A stretch of DNA of 64,000 bases from Octopus sinensis (GCF_006345805.1 NC_043007.1:42284001-42348000), one strand, 5' to 3'. Counted from the first letter of the stretch, positions 36,481 through 51,487 are shown. Program-made: numbers and translations. The notes: generated by a model not told the origin, from the letters alone.

Positions 36481-37717
36481 ATATAAAAATATGCATACTG
36501 CATACTTACGGCTACCTGAGCACCTCTTTAGTCAGTGGTTGTTACCTTCATTTTATTTTACCTGTGCAGTTGTTTATCAACACATATCTGGGACTGTTTC
36601 AGTTCTACAGACTTGAAATAGAGTATCTTTTCTTTAAGCCAACTGATCAGCTAAATTGGTACTAGTGTAGGGTTGGTGTGTGTGTATGTATGTGTGCTTT
36701 TAAATATATAAATATATATGTATGTATATGTGTGAATATGTATATATCTCTGTCTTCTTTTCTCTTTCTCTCTCTTCTTTTTACCCCTCCTATTTGCTCA
36801 CTCCACCTCTTGTTGCTGTGTCAGATGTCTGTAACGTACACTACATAGATTTAGGACACATCAAAAGCACCAGCACTAATGTTCTACTGAAAGGTGTACC
36901 AGCAACTGTTTGCTAGTTCTCTACACTCCCCCTTTGCCTTCTCCCCAACAACACAAACATAAGTTAACAAAATACACACACACACTCACATACACACAGC
37001 CACGGAAGTTCCTGTCTTTGCCATAGTGCTGTTACATCAAGGTGTATTAGCAGTTAAAACGACCTCCTCAATGGTCACCGCTACTGTTCATCACCATTAT
37101 AATCATCATCATTATTATCATAGGAAACAATTATTATTATTATGCCTACCTTTGGTACACTGCTGTTAACATGCAAGAGGTAAGTTGTTGAGAACATTTT
37201 TCAATATCTCCTGTGAGAGAACGAACAACGAAAACAAAACTTCAAAATCTTAGTTGTCACAAAACACAGCAGAACAATAACAATTTAGAGAAACTCAAAC
37301 AAAAATATAACAAAGCTAATTAACAAGTTGTCTGTCTATCTATCTATCTACACACACACACACACAACATATATATATGTTTGCTGGACTTAATTATCTT
37401 GTGTCTGTGTGTGTGTGGTGTGTGTGTACATGCGGCTCCTTTCCTTGATATCGTGAGTTTGTTGTCAAAGTGGATGACTGTCATGCTAGTAATACCACCG
37501 TTCCTTTGAAATCCTAAGTGAAAAACCATGTCTGACTATTCCTGCTCAAAGGACAAGGGTAAATGTTACCTTGGTTGTGAACAGGTGAGGGTCAGTGACA
37601 GAAAGTGCATCTGCCTATGGAAACTGCTTCATCAAATTTCACTTCACTTTTGCAGGTATAGAAAAGTGTAGGTTCAAGTAATGATGATAATGTCTCTACG
37701 TACATGATTTGTACTTT

Positions 37718-37749
<32 letters not shown>

Positions 37750-38419
37750 GTCTGTATACACAAACATATATAGTTTTTATACATAAATGCATAGCTCTCT
37801 ATCTATCCGTCTGTCTACCTATCTAGTTATCTGTCTATATATCTCTATTTGTGTGTGTGTATGTGTATATATATAATATATGTACACACACACACACATA
37901 TATAATGTATATTTAAATGTGTACAAAGTATTGAATATATGTGTATATAATGTGTATTATATGCTATACCATTATGTGCACACACACATATGCATGCAGT
38001 GCGCATACACACACACACAGAGTAGGCTTAGTATAGTTTCCGTCTGCTAAATTCTCTATCAAGGCATTGGTCAGTCCAGTACAAGGTACTGCACAAAATA
38101 GTCAAGCACGAAACCACATGGACCAGAAACATAACAATCCAAACAGCCATACTAATTAATTTTAGAAATAATTAGCAAAGTGATTTACTAAAATAGGTTT
38201 TCCATTATATAATTTGCTTGCAATATAACTGATCACGAGGTCAGTATATAAATTTTTATGGAAGATTTAATTTAAATTTACAAATCTTAAAATGAACAGA
38301 CTAGGACTCCAAGAAAGTGTATAGATTATATATGTATTCATTGTGTATGTGTGTGTGTGTGTGTATATATATATAAAATTATATATATGTGTGTGTATAT
38401 ATATATAAAATTATATATA

Positions 38420-38459
<40 letters not shown>

Positions 38460-38460
<1 letters not shown>

Positions 38461-38610
38461 TTCTTTATTACCCACAAGGGGCTAAACATAGAGGGGACAA
38501 ACAAGGACAGACAAACGGATTAAGTCGATTTCATCAACCCCAGTGCATAACTGGTACTTAATTTATCGATCCCGAAAGGGTGAAAGGCAGTTGACCTTGG
38601 CGGAATATAT
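38460..38610 (-). mobile_element. SINE fragment, young subfamily with ttgtctgtccttgtttgtcccctct tail
   Basis: Reverse complement of the 3' part of 43487-43748. Confidence 0.8.
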
Positions 38611-39724
38611 GCAGCTTAGTACCAGTGGTGTTGCAACTCATTTCTACAGATGAGTCAACTGGAGCAACATGAAAAACTGACCTCAAAAACAACATCAATA
38701 AACTGATTGAATATATAACTTCCTTTTGCATGTGTGTATACACATATTTATTGAAATTTGAAGCACGCAGCCCAGTCCAGGAATCAAACTTACTAGCCAT
38801 GATTGCGAGCTTGATGCTCTAACCACTGAGCTATGCACCCTCACACACATGTGTGTATTTATGTATGTATTTATATATATGTGTGTGTGTGTGTATGTAT
38901 GTATGTATTTATACATCATCATCATCGTTTAACGTCGCTTTCCATGCTAGCATGGGTTGGATGGTTTGACCAGGGTCTGGGAAGCCAGGAGGCTGCACCA
39001 GGCCCAGTCTGATATATATATATGTGTGTGTGTGTGCGTGTGTATTTATATATACATATGTGTGTGTGTATGTATGTATAATCAGGAAAGATTTGAAAAT
39101 GAGTCTCTCTGTTTGTTTCATTCTTGTCAAATCTGTCAGTGTAGGTGTACACACACACACAAGCACTTGTAGACAGACACATAGAATTGTTGTTAGGAAG
39201 ACTAGCTATTCCCATCACTTAACTTTTACATATATTTTTCTTTTTTTGTTTTTTGTTTCAAGTGATATTTACATAGTTTTCTATCAAATATTTGTATTGG
39301 ATAGTTTTTTTTTCATTTTGTTTAAGGAAATGGTTACAAATGTTGAAGCCAATCAGTGTTCATGCACTGATTACTAACATAATTTGCATTCCAATATTAG
39401 AGACTTAAAATTCATATATAATGTGAATTTTAAAAAGAAACGGCGGTGCATCAGCATGGCCACAGCTCTGAGCTGAAACTAATAACAAAAAAAAAGGCTG
39501 GATATTCCATACACTGATCATTCCCTCCTGTCCCAAATATGAGTAGCCATTCAGCTCCTCTACAAGGGACCTGTTCAGTCCCTTCCTTTTCATACTCAAC
39601 ATGCACTGTAATTGTTGGGATTAGGAAGGGCATCCAGCCATAGAGACCATGCCAAAGCTGACACTGAGGCCTGATACAGGGATGTTAGAATAGATGTGTG
39701 TGTGTGTGTGTGTGTGTGTGTATA

Positions 39725-39886
39725 GGCGTAGGAGTGGCTGTGTGGTAAGTAGCTTGCTTACAAACCACATGGTTCCGAGTTCAGTCCCACTATGTGGCAC
39801 CTTGGGCATGTCTACTATAGCCTTGGGTTGACCAAAGCCTTGTGAGTAGATTTGGTAGCTGGAAACTGAAAGAAGCCCATTGTATA

Positions 39887-39929
<43 letters not shown>

Positions 39930-39970
39930 GGTGTTTTATTTATATATATATATATACACAAATACACACA

Positions 39971-40037
<67 letters not shown>

Positions 40038-40222
40038 GTCGCCCCAACATCGCTTGACAACCGATGCTGGTGTGTTTACAACCCCCATAACTTAATGGTT
40101 CAGCAAAAGAGACCAATAGAATAAGTACTAGGCTTACAAAGAATAAGTCCTGGGGTCGATTTGCTTGACTAAAGGCAGTGCTCCAGTATGGCCACAGTCA
40201 AATGACTGAAACATGTAAAACA
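39725..40222 (+). mobile_element. tRNA-derived composite SINE with internal (TA)n
   Basis: Head ggcgtaggagtggctgtgtggtaag...ggttccgagttcagtcccac has A/B-box-like spacing. Partial copies at ~23338, 38025 and 47735. Confidence 0.85.
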
Positions 40223-40797
40223 GTATATATATAATATTTGTTTTTATGTCAGGCTATATAGAAAAAAAATTTAACATTAGACTCAATACTTTTTAGTAGA
40301 ATACAGGTTTATTAAACGATAAGAGGGAAAAGGTTAACAAAGACTTGAAAGTTCAGTTAATGTGTTTATGCACTCATGAAAGGATTTTATATTTTTAGTT
40401 TTATTGATATTTTTGATTGTCAGTCTTTCTTGTTGCTCTAGTTCACTCATCTGTAGAAATGAGTGGCAAGCTGTATTGTCCTTTGCCTTTCCCTTGGATG
40501 ATATCAGTGAAGAGAGGAGGCTGGTATGCATGGGTCACTGCTGGTCTTCCGGAAACAACCTTGCCCAGATTTATGCCTCAGAGGTAACTTTCTAGGTGCA
40601 ATCCCTTGGTCGGGGGGTTTTACCCTTTACCCTTTATATCATCATCACCATCAATTAATGTCCGTTGTTCATGCTGGCATGGGTTGGACGGCTTGACCAG
40701 GGCTGGCAAGCTGAGGGACTGCACCAGACTCCAGTCTAATTTGGCATGGTTTCTATGGCTGGATGCCCTTCCTAATGCCAACCACTCTGAGAGTGTA

Positions 40798-40854
<57 letters not shown>

Positions 40855-40859
40855 AAACC

Positions 40860-40890
<31 letters not shown>

Positions 40891-41029
40891 CATACGCAAA
40901 CATATAAATATATATACAGACACACATAGATACATAAACACACACACAACCACACATACATATATATACACAAACAGACACACATAGATACATATACACA
41001 CACACACAACCATATAGATATATATTTAC

Positions 41030-41180
41030 ACCGGAGTAAACACATAAATGTGAAACAAGGTGGAAAAAAGAGTACTCAAATACCAGTGGTAGAGTAATAT
41101 GCTTTATTTAAAGCAGCAGAAAATTCAACAAACGTGAAACTCAGAGTAACAGGCTTTGTTGAATTTTCTGCTGCTTTAGA
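41030..41180. mobile_element. Penelope-like terminal-repeat remnant with inverted junction
   Basis: Short unique block between (TA)n tracts with a partially inverted duplication. Family assignment is from recall only. Confidence 0.45.
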
Positions 41181-42319
41181 TATATATTTATATACACACA
41201 AACATAAATATATATACAGACACATAGATACACACACACACACACACACACATATATACACACACGCATACATTTATGACTGAGTAAACAAACACAAGAA
41301 AGAGGCACTCAACACATTTAGTAGGGGTTACTTATTAAGACAATTTGACTTAACTCCATTCAGCTTAGTTTTGTAGGCTTATGCTTATTAAACAATACCA
41401 AGGAAAAAGTTAGCAGTGACTTCAAAGTTCAATAAATGTGTGTATAGAAACATATACACACACATACAAAAAGATTTTATATATTCAATTAGTTTTATTG
41501 ACATAGCTGGTGTTGTTTTCGAAGTCAGTCTTGAGCTAGCAGATTTGTTGTGCAAGGCATTCCAGCCTTGACCTTATTGACTAAAACACCCTTCTTTCAG
41601 GTATTGTATATCTAGGACTACTCAAAATGCTGTCTGTTTCAAGAAGATTAGGAGCATAATTTGTGAGACCTGTTGCTTCTATTTTGAACAGAGCATTTGA
41701 CCATACGTATGCTCTTACTGGCTACTTTTCTTTGTGTGTGTGCGTGCGTGGTTGTGTGATTTAATTTATCTATTTCATATTTATTGTACTCTATTTTCTC
41801 TTTCTGCTTTTATATTCAGTTCAGATTCATTCATGACAAGAAAATGTGATTGTTAGATTGTTAAACAAGTACAAAGTAGCCAATACTGAAACGTCAGAGT
41901 GACATTTATAAAACAAGCAGCCAAATCTGCAGAATAATTTGTTTAGTAGTTAGTTAAGTCCTGTAGAATCTATTTACACCTAGGTATATATATAGATACA
42001 TTGTGTAATACGTATTTGGTTCCTGATTCAAATCCCTTTGGTAGGCCTGTTCTTGATCTATTTTAAGTTATTGCACATAATGTTTTATATCATAAATGTT
42101 GTTAACAGGGCCAATTGAAATTTGTAGTAAGTTGGGCAGATGCTGAGTGCATCATTGTTGTGTTTGGAATTTTCAAAATAAAAGGGGAGAAATAAAAATT
42201 TAAAAAATACAGTGAGTTTAACTCCTTGTGAAAATTAAAAATAATATACTTGTTAGGGCATCAAAATTCGCTTTTGCCTGAAGCACCTACAACCTTAGGG
42301 CCAGTCTTGGTTGTGTAAA

Positions 42320-42740
42320 GCAAGCTTAGCAAAAAATGCCCTGTTGCATTTAGTTACAACTTTTAATATGCAGTCTTCAAATTCTGCTGAAATCAACTTT
42401 GTCTTTCATCCTTCTGGAGTCAATAAAATATAGTATTTATCAAGTCCTTTACCAATAAGTAACCAATCAATTCAACTTAATTGCCTGTTCCCTGGCACCC
42501 TGGAAATGTCTAACCTTGTGCCTATGATGTTTAAGATAGCTATTTGACAGGATCATTAGAGCATCAGACATAGACAAAAGGTTTTTGGGTATTTAGTTTT
42601 GAGATCAAATCGCTCTGAAATCAACATTACTTTCATCCTTCTGAGTCAGTAAAATAAAGTATCAATCAATTACTAGGGTCAGTATAACTGAGTTATCCCA
42701 ATCCTCAAGCTTCTGGCCTAATGTCCATATTAGAAGCAAC
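42320..42740 (+). mobile_element. Two head-to-tail ATT-family SINE monomers (old)
   Basis: Two occurrences of aaatcaac(t/a)tt...tttcatccttctg(g)agtca(a/g)taaaata. Confidence 0.7.
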
Positions 42741-43259
42741 TGCTATTAAGGAAGGTAGTGAGTAGTTGTAACAGTAGAACAATATATTAAATGCTATGTC
42801 AGATTTGTTGCTCAATTTTACATTTGATGTAAAGTTGACTTTGTCTTTCATGTTGCCAAGGCTAATGAATAAAATAAAGCAGTGGTCAAATAATGGAATG
42901 GGGACCAATCTCATTGACTTATTTTTATTCAAACTTTGAGCCATTGTACCTGTGTTAGAAACTAGCATCATCATTGTTGTTATCATCATTTTTTTTTTGC
43001 TAAGTAAATAAGTCTAGTTATTAGTTTTTTTTTTTGTTCTTTGTTTCTTTTAAGCAATAATATATATCTTTTACTAACTGTTTCAATAGATAAGTGTATA
43101 CACTGGTGATAAGTTGTTAGTCCATATCACTGTTGTGATGGTATTATGCAGAATGTTTCAAACTCTGCTTGCCTAATGTTTCATACCTGTTTCATAAATT
43201 GTAGATATGGTAATTATTATTATTATTATTATTATTATTATGATCATTATTATTATTAT

Positions 43260-43748
43260 TAAGGTGGCAAGCTGACAATCATTAGCACGCCATGTAAAAT
43301 GCTTAGTGATATTTCATCTGCCGCTATGGTCTGAGTTCAAATTCCACTGACATCGACTTTGCCTTTCATACTTTCTGGGTCGATTAAATAAGTACCAGTT
43401 ATGCACTGGGATTGATGTAATTGATTTAATCTCCTCCCCCAAGCTGCCCTTGTGGTAAAAAATTTAAAATTATTACTATTATTATTAAGGCAGCAAGCTG
43501 GCAGAATTGTTAGCATGCTAGATGAAATGCTTAATGGTATTTCATCTGCCACAAGCTGGCAGAAACGTTAGTACACTGGGCGACATGCTTAGTGGTATTT
43601 CATCTGCTGCTACGTTCTGAGTTCAAATTTCGCCGAGGTTAACTTTGCCTTTCATCCTTTCGGGGTCAATTAAATAAGTACCAGTTACGCACTGGGATCG
43701 ATATAATCGACCTAATCCGTTTGTCTGTCCTTGTTTGTCCCCTCTGTG
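43260..43748 (+). mobile_element. Two head-to-tail ATT-family SINE monomers after an (ATT)n tract; second has a duplicated head
   Basis: (ATT)n at ~43212-43260; monomers start aagg(t/c)(g/a)gcaagctg; linker attactattattatt; the gctggcagaa...ttcatctgc head is repeated in the second copy. Confidence 0.85.
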
Positions 43749-45800
43749 ATTATTTTTATGTTGGTTGATGTTAATTTTGTTTACACCCATGTCAGCCCTG
43801 ATCAAACAGGTTTATGTCTATATCACTTTGTCTCCAGGCATAGTGTCTGCTTTACTTACAGTTGTTGGCATATTGGCAATCATAGAACTCCATGCTAAAG
43901 TTTGAAGATTCATGAGTTTCTGCAGTAGTGGTCTTCCCTGTTGATTTCTGCTGCTTTATTTACAATTTACTCTGCTTGTCTCCTATTCTCCAAAACTTAT
44001 TCTTGCAATGCAGGGCCTTTAACTTTAAGGCAGGTAGACTAGTTCATGTATTTTTAGTGGCATATCAAGATCCCTAGACATATGTCCAGAGATCAGTCCA
44101 CATGGAAGTAGTAGTAACTAAAGGATAATGCCACATCTCCCCAAAACTCTTGAGTCGGAACTTAACCATTTGATGCAGTTGAATGTTTTTCCTATATCAT
44201 TTAATGTAATTTTTTTCTAAGACAGTTCAAGGGTTGTGGTTGGTTGAAATGATAGTGTATAGAAGCAAAATTGTTAACAAATTTTAGTTATGGTCTTCTA
44301 CGCTCTGATGTGAAATCATAATGGCTGACTTTGCCTTTTTTTTCCCCCACTAGAGGCAGTTAAATAAGCATAAAGCATATAATTAGGGTGGTTCAGTGAA
44401 GTTTGTGGCCTTATGCCTATGTAAGTAATCAGTTATGTCTTCATTGTGTACAATGTTATTCTGTAGAAAAGGTTTGATCTTTAACAATCTCTGTATGTAA
44501 GTGGATGCTTTCTCATGTATGTATTCACCAAATCTATGTAAGAGTTTTATTTCTAGTATCATTGATGAGTATATTGCTTATGTAATAGATATCAGAAGTA
44601 TTATTATTGGAAGAGAGGAGTGTTTGTTCATGTTGCTGATTAGTCTCAAATCAATTCTGATCCAGCAGCAGAAATATCATCAACACCGGTCCAGTCTACC
44701 ATCCTGTCATTGTTTTATTTTTAGCCCTATGATTTTAAAATCCAGCTGCTGCTTTTAGCACATCCACTGCATAATTGCATAGAGTACTGCTTGTTGGCTC
44801 ACTTTTGTTTGATGTTTATCCCTCAGCTTAACTCTAATAAAGCTATTGTATCTATGATCATCTCTTTCATTATCATGGATACAGTCGATAGTATTTAATT
44901 TTTGAAACAGTGGGGTGTGATTTGAAGGAGCTATTACTGTTGTTTCTAACAGGTCAACTGTGTCAGGAATGCATCGTTGGCTTGCTTTAGTTAGTGTTCT
45001 TGGACTTTCCTGTCTTAGACAACAGATGAGGATTTCACAATTTCTTGGCAAACAACCTGCACAGATGATTTAATTCAACGTGATCAGATGTTTGTGCTCT
45101 ACATTATCTTACTCTCTCCATCAAATTGACATTGTCTGTACAGGTGCACAGTGTACCAACACACATCAGATGTTTAAGTGATTATAGAACAAAATGAAAG
45201 AAAGTGTTTTGCTCAAGAATACAACACAGTATAGTGCTTAGTCCAGGTATTGAAACCACAGTATCACAATCTTGTGTGCTACATCTTAACCACTTGGCCA
45301 CACACCTTCATTTTAGTTAGTGTCAGGTTGGATATTTCAGGGTGGGCAAGTATTCTTTGAAACATGTAAGAGTTGTAATGTTTATAATTGACTGAGATAA
45401 CCAGATGTCATCTTATTTCAAATAATACTACTACTACTACTGAAGATTACATAGTGTGTACCACATCACTGCACACTTACATATTTGTAACCTACATACT
45501 AATGCCCTCTGACAGTTTGTCTCACACACAAACACACTCCTCCATTTCTCTCTCTCTCTTTCATTGTATAAGTTTTACTGGTATTAACACAAGTACAAGT
45601 ACTCTTGCATCTTTATGGAACATCTCCCCACCATACATATACATAAACACAAGTGTATGCATGCTGTCATGCACATTTATGCTTTCCACTTGTAGCTCTT
45701 GTTCCCCATCTACGATTTCTACCCTTTTTTTGACTTACTCAAACATGTATACACACATGCTCTCATGTTCATGTGTACTCTCCACAAATGTACACCATAC

Positions 45801-45829
<29 letters not shown>

Positions 45830-45836
<7 letters not shown>

Positions 45837-46440
45837 ATATTCTACATACACACACACACCCTATACTCTACATACATACACACACATACCCCATACTCTA
45901 CATGCATACACACCTTAATCTGCATACACATACATACATATGTCATACTCTGCATTCACACGCACATGCCATACTCTGCATTCACACACACACCATACTC
46001 TGCATTCACACACACCATACTCTGCATTCACACACGCCATACTCTGCATTCACACACGCCATACTCTGCATTCACACACGCCATACTCTGCATTCACACA
46101 CGCCATACTCTGCATTCACACATGCCATACTCTTCATTCACACACACCATATTCTGCATTCACACACACACACACATGCCATACTCTGCACTCGCACGCA
46201 CACACGCCATACTCTGTATTTGCACATGCGCACACACCATACTCTGCATTCGTGCACACACACATCATACTCTGCATTCACACACACACACACCATACTC
46301 TGCATATACACACATGCACACACCATACTCTGCATATACACACATGCACACACCATACTCTACATTCACACACCATACTGTGTATATGCAAATGCCACAC
46401 TCAAGGTGCACACACCACAGCCGAGGTGCACACCACATAT
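45830..46440. repeat. Minisatellite of CCATACTCTGCATT + (CA)n units (~22-30 nt)
   Basis: Direct inspection; source of the His/Thr-rich ORFs 45699-46552. Confidence 0.95.
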
Positions 46441-47888
46441 TTCACGCATGCATATACCCCAATCCATAAAGGCTCACATGAATACGCACACACACACACA
46501 TATACACCAAAAACACTTGTTGAAGCTAATATTACACTCTATCAATAGCTGATTTTTAATAACATAATCATTCTTTTGGATACATAACTCAGCGGTTTCT
46601 GAACTAGATCCACTCTGCACACTCACACACACACACACACACACACACAGACCACCGCTACTCTTTCCATGCTGGAGGAGCTGAGTCCTATATTGTGCTC
46701 TGGCATGTGGAGGGTGGGATTGGGATGTGGGTAAGGAGGAATAGCATTATGAAATAGTAAACTAACAGAAATTGGGGAAAACAAGTTTAAGACTGGAAGT
46801 TACTGTTGTCATTGCGGTCGGCAGGGTGGGAGAGTGTTTATCCTAAGAAGTCCTTAAATATCTAGCACCATTTTCTCTCTCTCTCTCTATCTAATTATAT
46901 ATGTATCTCTATCTCTTTGTCAAATATAGCACATTCTTGAGAGATGTAATGTTTTGATGTTATGAGCTGATGAAATACAAACCAGTTAACACAAACAGCA
47001 AATATATCATTTGTAAATATACCACACCACTACCACCGTTACACTCTACCCCATCTTTCCTCCTCATTCTTTTTAAGGGTGAGGGGTTCCCCATTAGAAG
47101 AGAGAGAGAAACTATTTCAGAATTTCATGCCATAGCTGCTGATTGTAATGAGTCTCATATACTGCAAGAGTGGTTTGGTAGGTAGTTGGGTCTGGGTCGG
47201 GTAGTCATGTTGTAAATCAGTAGTTGTTGTTGCTGTTCCGTCTTCTTGATGTAATGGCAATGGTGACGGTGGTTGTGTAGTATGTTATGTAGTGTGGGCC
47301 CTGGCTGTTTGTGTTGTAGTGTTTGTCATGTGAGTCTGTAACCTCTTCATAACAAATTATTAATGCATTTCAGTGTAGAATTATTTACTTTACATTTTGG
47401 AGGAGTGTTCTGGTAGAGACTAGGGGTGGAGTTATCCTTTCACATACGCTTTAAACTTTTACCTCTGATATAATGGAAATGATGATTCACTCTAATGATA
47501 TTCCAAATCTCTTGCTTTTGTTCAACCGACAAACACACACACAATGTAATCCCTGAAGTTTGGTAAATCTTTGCTCACTAGTACTGTTGTTAAGTTTTTG
47601 TGTTTTGCGTAAGATGTGTGCAACATAATATGCATTAATCCTCTTGTTCCAGTCTCTTTTGTAAAGTAGAATGCTTTTGTTGTAACTTCTTGTTTGATAT
47701 GTGTATAGTGGGGTAGGTGGGCATGACCATGATTAAAAAGTTCACTTCCCAACCTTTTCCCAACCATATAGTTTTGAGTTCAGTCCCAATGCATGGCACC
47801 TTGGGCAAGTCTCATCTATTATAGGTCCAGGTCAAACAAAACCTTATGAGTAGATTTGGTAGATAGAAACTGGAAGAAACCCATTGTG

Positions 47889-47939
<51 letters not shown>

Positions 47940-48710
47940 TCAGCATCATCACCTACTATCCATCTTCCTTGGTGGTATAAGTTGGACAGTTTGACAGTAT
48001 TTGATAGATCCAAGGACTGTATTGAGCTCCACTATCTACTTTGGCATGGTTTCTATGGCTGGATGTCCTTCCTTGTGTCAATCACTTGACAGAGTATACT
48101 GGGTACTTTTTCCATGGCATGACGAGTGAGCTCACTATGCAGCTTGCATGACTAAGGTCCCTTTCAACTGAGCTGGGCTACAGTGGAAATGGATCTAGCT
48201 TTTATTGTAGCAAACATGGTGTTAAAGTATAAGAGGAGGAACCAAAACCAAACAGGTTTCTTGCTGTGGAGAAGCTCCATGGCTACTCACATTAAAGAAG
48301 ATTGGGTGAGAATAATTACGATGGAGCTGGAAAGAGAGATAAAATAGTGGTGGTGTGGTAGAGTGGACACTGAAGGTACAAGAAGATGAATAGAGCCAAG
48401 CATGGGTAGAAGAGCAGGGAATAAGTGTGGGTAGAGGTTGCGAAAAAGTATGAGGAAAGTAAGGGATGGTTAGAGATGAGGAAGAGGTAAGTGGGAAATA
48501 TATAATGAAAAAGAAGGGTTGAGGGAGTTGTTGATGATAAGTAAGAGAGAGGAAAGGTAACAACAGTAGGTGGGGACTGTAGAGTTTATGTAGGACGGAG
48601 GTGTGGTTGATATACATATATGTTTTGCCTGTCCTTCTAATTGTTGTTTCTCTTGTGTCATCTATCTGTCCAAAGGTTTTAATACCCTCTATTGCGTTTT
48701 TGTTCCCTCA

Positions 48711-48761
<51 letters not shown>

Positions 48762-48769
48762 AACCTTTA

Positions 48770-48960
48770 CATATATAAATAATGTGAAATACACGAAGGG
48801 ACGAACATAAGAGACAAACGGGTCATTCAAAGCCTTCGTTCTTCAGTCAGAAACCGATTCATCATTGCAGATTTCGGCTGTTTAATTCTGAGATCTGCTC
48901 TGAATCGGCCAGCCCCAGAAGGAAAGATTGCAACGCAACTGAGGGGTTAAGTAGGAGAGA
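48770..48960. mobile_element. Penelope-like remnant next to (TA)n
   Basis: CpG-bearing block aagccttc...cttcagtc...atttcggctg...ggccagcccc directly after a long (TA)n. Family from recall only; a similar-class remnant is at 55181-55262. Confidence 0.4.
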
Positions 48961-50603
48961 ATAGGTGATTACTGACTGTACTGTACAGAAAGAGATGTTG
49001 AGTAGCAGAACAATAATAGTATAGCAGACAAGGAAGAGTAAGAAAGAAGACATGTAGATGCTTAGGTTGCACAGGAATGAGGGGAGAGGCAGATGTGCTG
49101 CTGGTGGAGAGTGAGATATATATATATATGGTGGTTAAGATGGAGCAATAATTTCAGTTGCACAGAAGAATGATGTGTAAAATGTGAGTGGAGAGGGGGA
49201 CAGTATTAAGAATTCAGGGTGAATGGATGAGTGAAGTAGTTCCAGGAAATTGGACAAAGAGAGTGTGAAATTGTGTGTTTGTGTGTGTTTATTCACTGTT
49301 TTCCAGGATCTCACTTTCGTTATTATGGGCAGGTCTTCTCAAGCCCTGCATATTTCCATTTCACCTGATCTTTTGTCATACTTCTCTTGCAGTCGCCTCA
49401 CTAGGAAGGGAGTATCTGTATTACTTTTCCCAGGCACAAAACCAAACAGGATCTTATCTAGTCTTTCTCTCTCTAACTGTTAACTCTATAATGTTCTCTC
49501 TGTAAGATATTTCCTTTTTCTTTGTAGCAAATGACAACAATATTTATACAGCTCCACTAGTTATAGAGTTTGACTGCAAAAGTTGGCCATGATGCTGCTA
49601 TGCTGGCCATTTTGTGTGTGTGTGTGTATGATTTTGTATTTGCCTAATGTCTACACATACGTTTTGCTCATTGGTTGTAAGCAATGGCTTCACTAACACT
49701 CATTTGCTTGCAGTCCACCACAAAAGCATGTCTGAGCTGTTTGTTGTTTGATACACAAGGCAGTTATGAGCTTCACTTTGAAACAAGTGGAGATTAACCA
49801 TAGGAAGGAAAAACTTTGCCCCAACCTACTCTCATCTGATTTATGCAAGCATGAAATATTAACATTAAAGCAGTGATAATGATATAAAAGTAGTAATAAA
49901 TCATATCATATATGTGTAGATGCAGGTATGTCTCTGGGGATATGGAGTGCATTTTATCATCATGTAGTTTCAAGTTTTTATACCAGTGTGGCACATTGGG
50001 CAAGTGTTTTCTACTACAGTATCAGGCTTTGTGAGTGATATTGGTATGGAAGCTGTTTATATGTATGTGTGGGTGTAATATTTGTATGTATATATATGTA
50101 TGTACTGTCCAACCCATGCAAGTATGGGAAACAGATGTTAAATAATGATATGTGTGTATGTATGTATCTCTGTGTATGTATGTTTATGTATGTGTGTGCA
50201 TACATTTATACGTTTATGTATGTGTGCGTACATATATTATGTGTGTGTTACGTGTAGATGTGTGTGTTTGTGTGTGTGTGTGTGTGTGTATTTGTATATA
50301 AATATATCAGATGTGGAAGGGTGGTGTGTGCATACCTTCCATATGTTTTCACATAATTGTTTGAGCAAAACGGTAATATCATGTTTTTATTCCCTGTAAA
50401 CAAATCCAAATATCAGTGTGGATGTATGCTTCTCTCATGACAACTGGTGAAATAGAAAAATCCCTTACTTGAAAAACAGTGGGAGTGAATGACAGAAGGA
50501 GAGCCCAGTTGTAAAATACTGCCTTAATAAAACCTTGTCCAACATATGCTACCATGGAAAAGTGAACATGAAAATAACGCACACATATGCACACACATTA
50601 ATA

Positions 50604-51487
50604 CAGGGTCCAATGGGTAAATTGTTGCCATTTTATAGTTTTTTGTGTATGCACATTGTTTTTTTATTTTATTTTGTCAACTACTCAGTATAGTAGGGTC
50701 AGTTGGGCACTGTCTGAGAGAAAAACAGCACCATGACACAAATCACTCTGCCAGAAATTTGGAAACGACATGCTATACTTTTTGGCATTCGTGCCAGAAG
50801 CTCTAGTGCAAACATTTCAGTGTTTGAGTGTCAATTTGAGGGCAGTACATATACTGAGTGATAAAAATCAAACATCCAGTCAAAATCATCGTGTTTGAAG
50901 TGATCACTAATGATGGCAACATTATGCCTCCATTCATCTTCTCACATGGCCTCAGACTCAACACAGAAGTCTACATCAAGTGCCTGGAGGAGGTAGTGCT
51001 GCCCTGGGTCAAGAGGGTGGCTGCTGGAAGACCCTTTGTCTGGCAACAGGACTCTGCACCATGCCACACAAGCAGGAGAACCCAGTCACAGCTGTCAGAC
51101 AATTTCTGCAACCACATCACCCCTAACATCTGGCCACCTAACTCCCCAGACTATCTCCCACCTAACTCCCATTGATTATTATGTGTGTGGCGCAGTTGAA
51201 TGAGAGACCAACAGAACTCCTTGTAACATGCTAAAGATGAACTGATGGCAAGGATTAAGGCAGCATTCACCAACTTAAACAAGGAGACTGTCCAGAAATA
51301 TTGCAGGAGATTCCGAAGTCATCTGGAGGCCATGGTTGAAGCCAATGGCAATTTTATTGAATAAATTTACTCTTTAGTATTTCAAGATATTTTTATGCAA
51401 TTTTGGTAAATATATCTGTTAAAATGAGATCTCAGTGTTATCTTCATTTATGCATAACTTAGATAACAGTTTATTCACCACACCCTG
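50604..51487 (+). mobile_element. Internally deleted maT/DD37D-type Tc1/mariner element
   Basis: TA|cagggt ... accctg|TA termini. Peptide HPVKIIVFEVITNDGNIMPPFIF...YIKCLEEVVLPW...VWQQDSAPCHTSRRTQ...WPPNSPD, then DYYVCGAVE*ETN. Confidence 0.9.

Noticed and set aside
39725-39800. tRNA gene
   Set aside because: The tRNA-like head continues into a multi-copy SINE body; no complete cloverleaf.
48850-48950. Possible hammerhead ribozyme on the minus strand (ggctg...cagcc-GAAA, CTGAAGA)
   Set aside because: The CUGANGA box is not positioned 5' of the stem II helix, and I could not build stems I and III; a covariance-model search would be needed.
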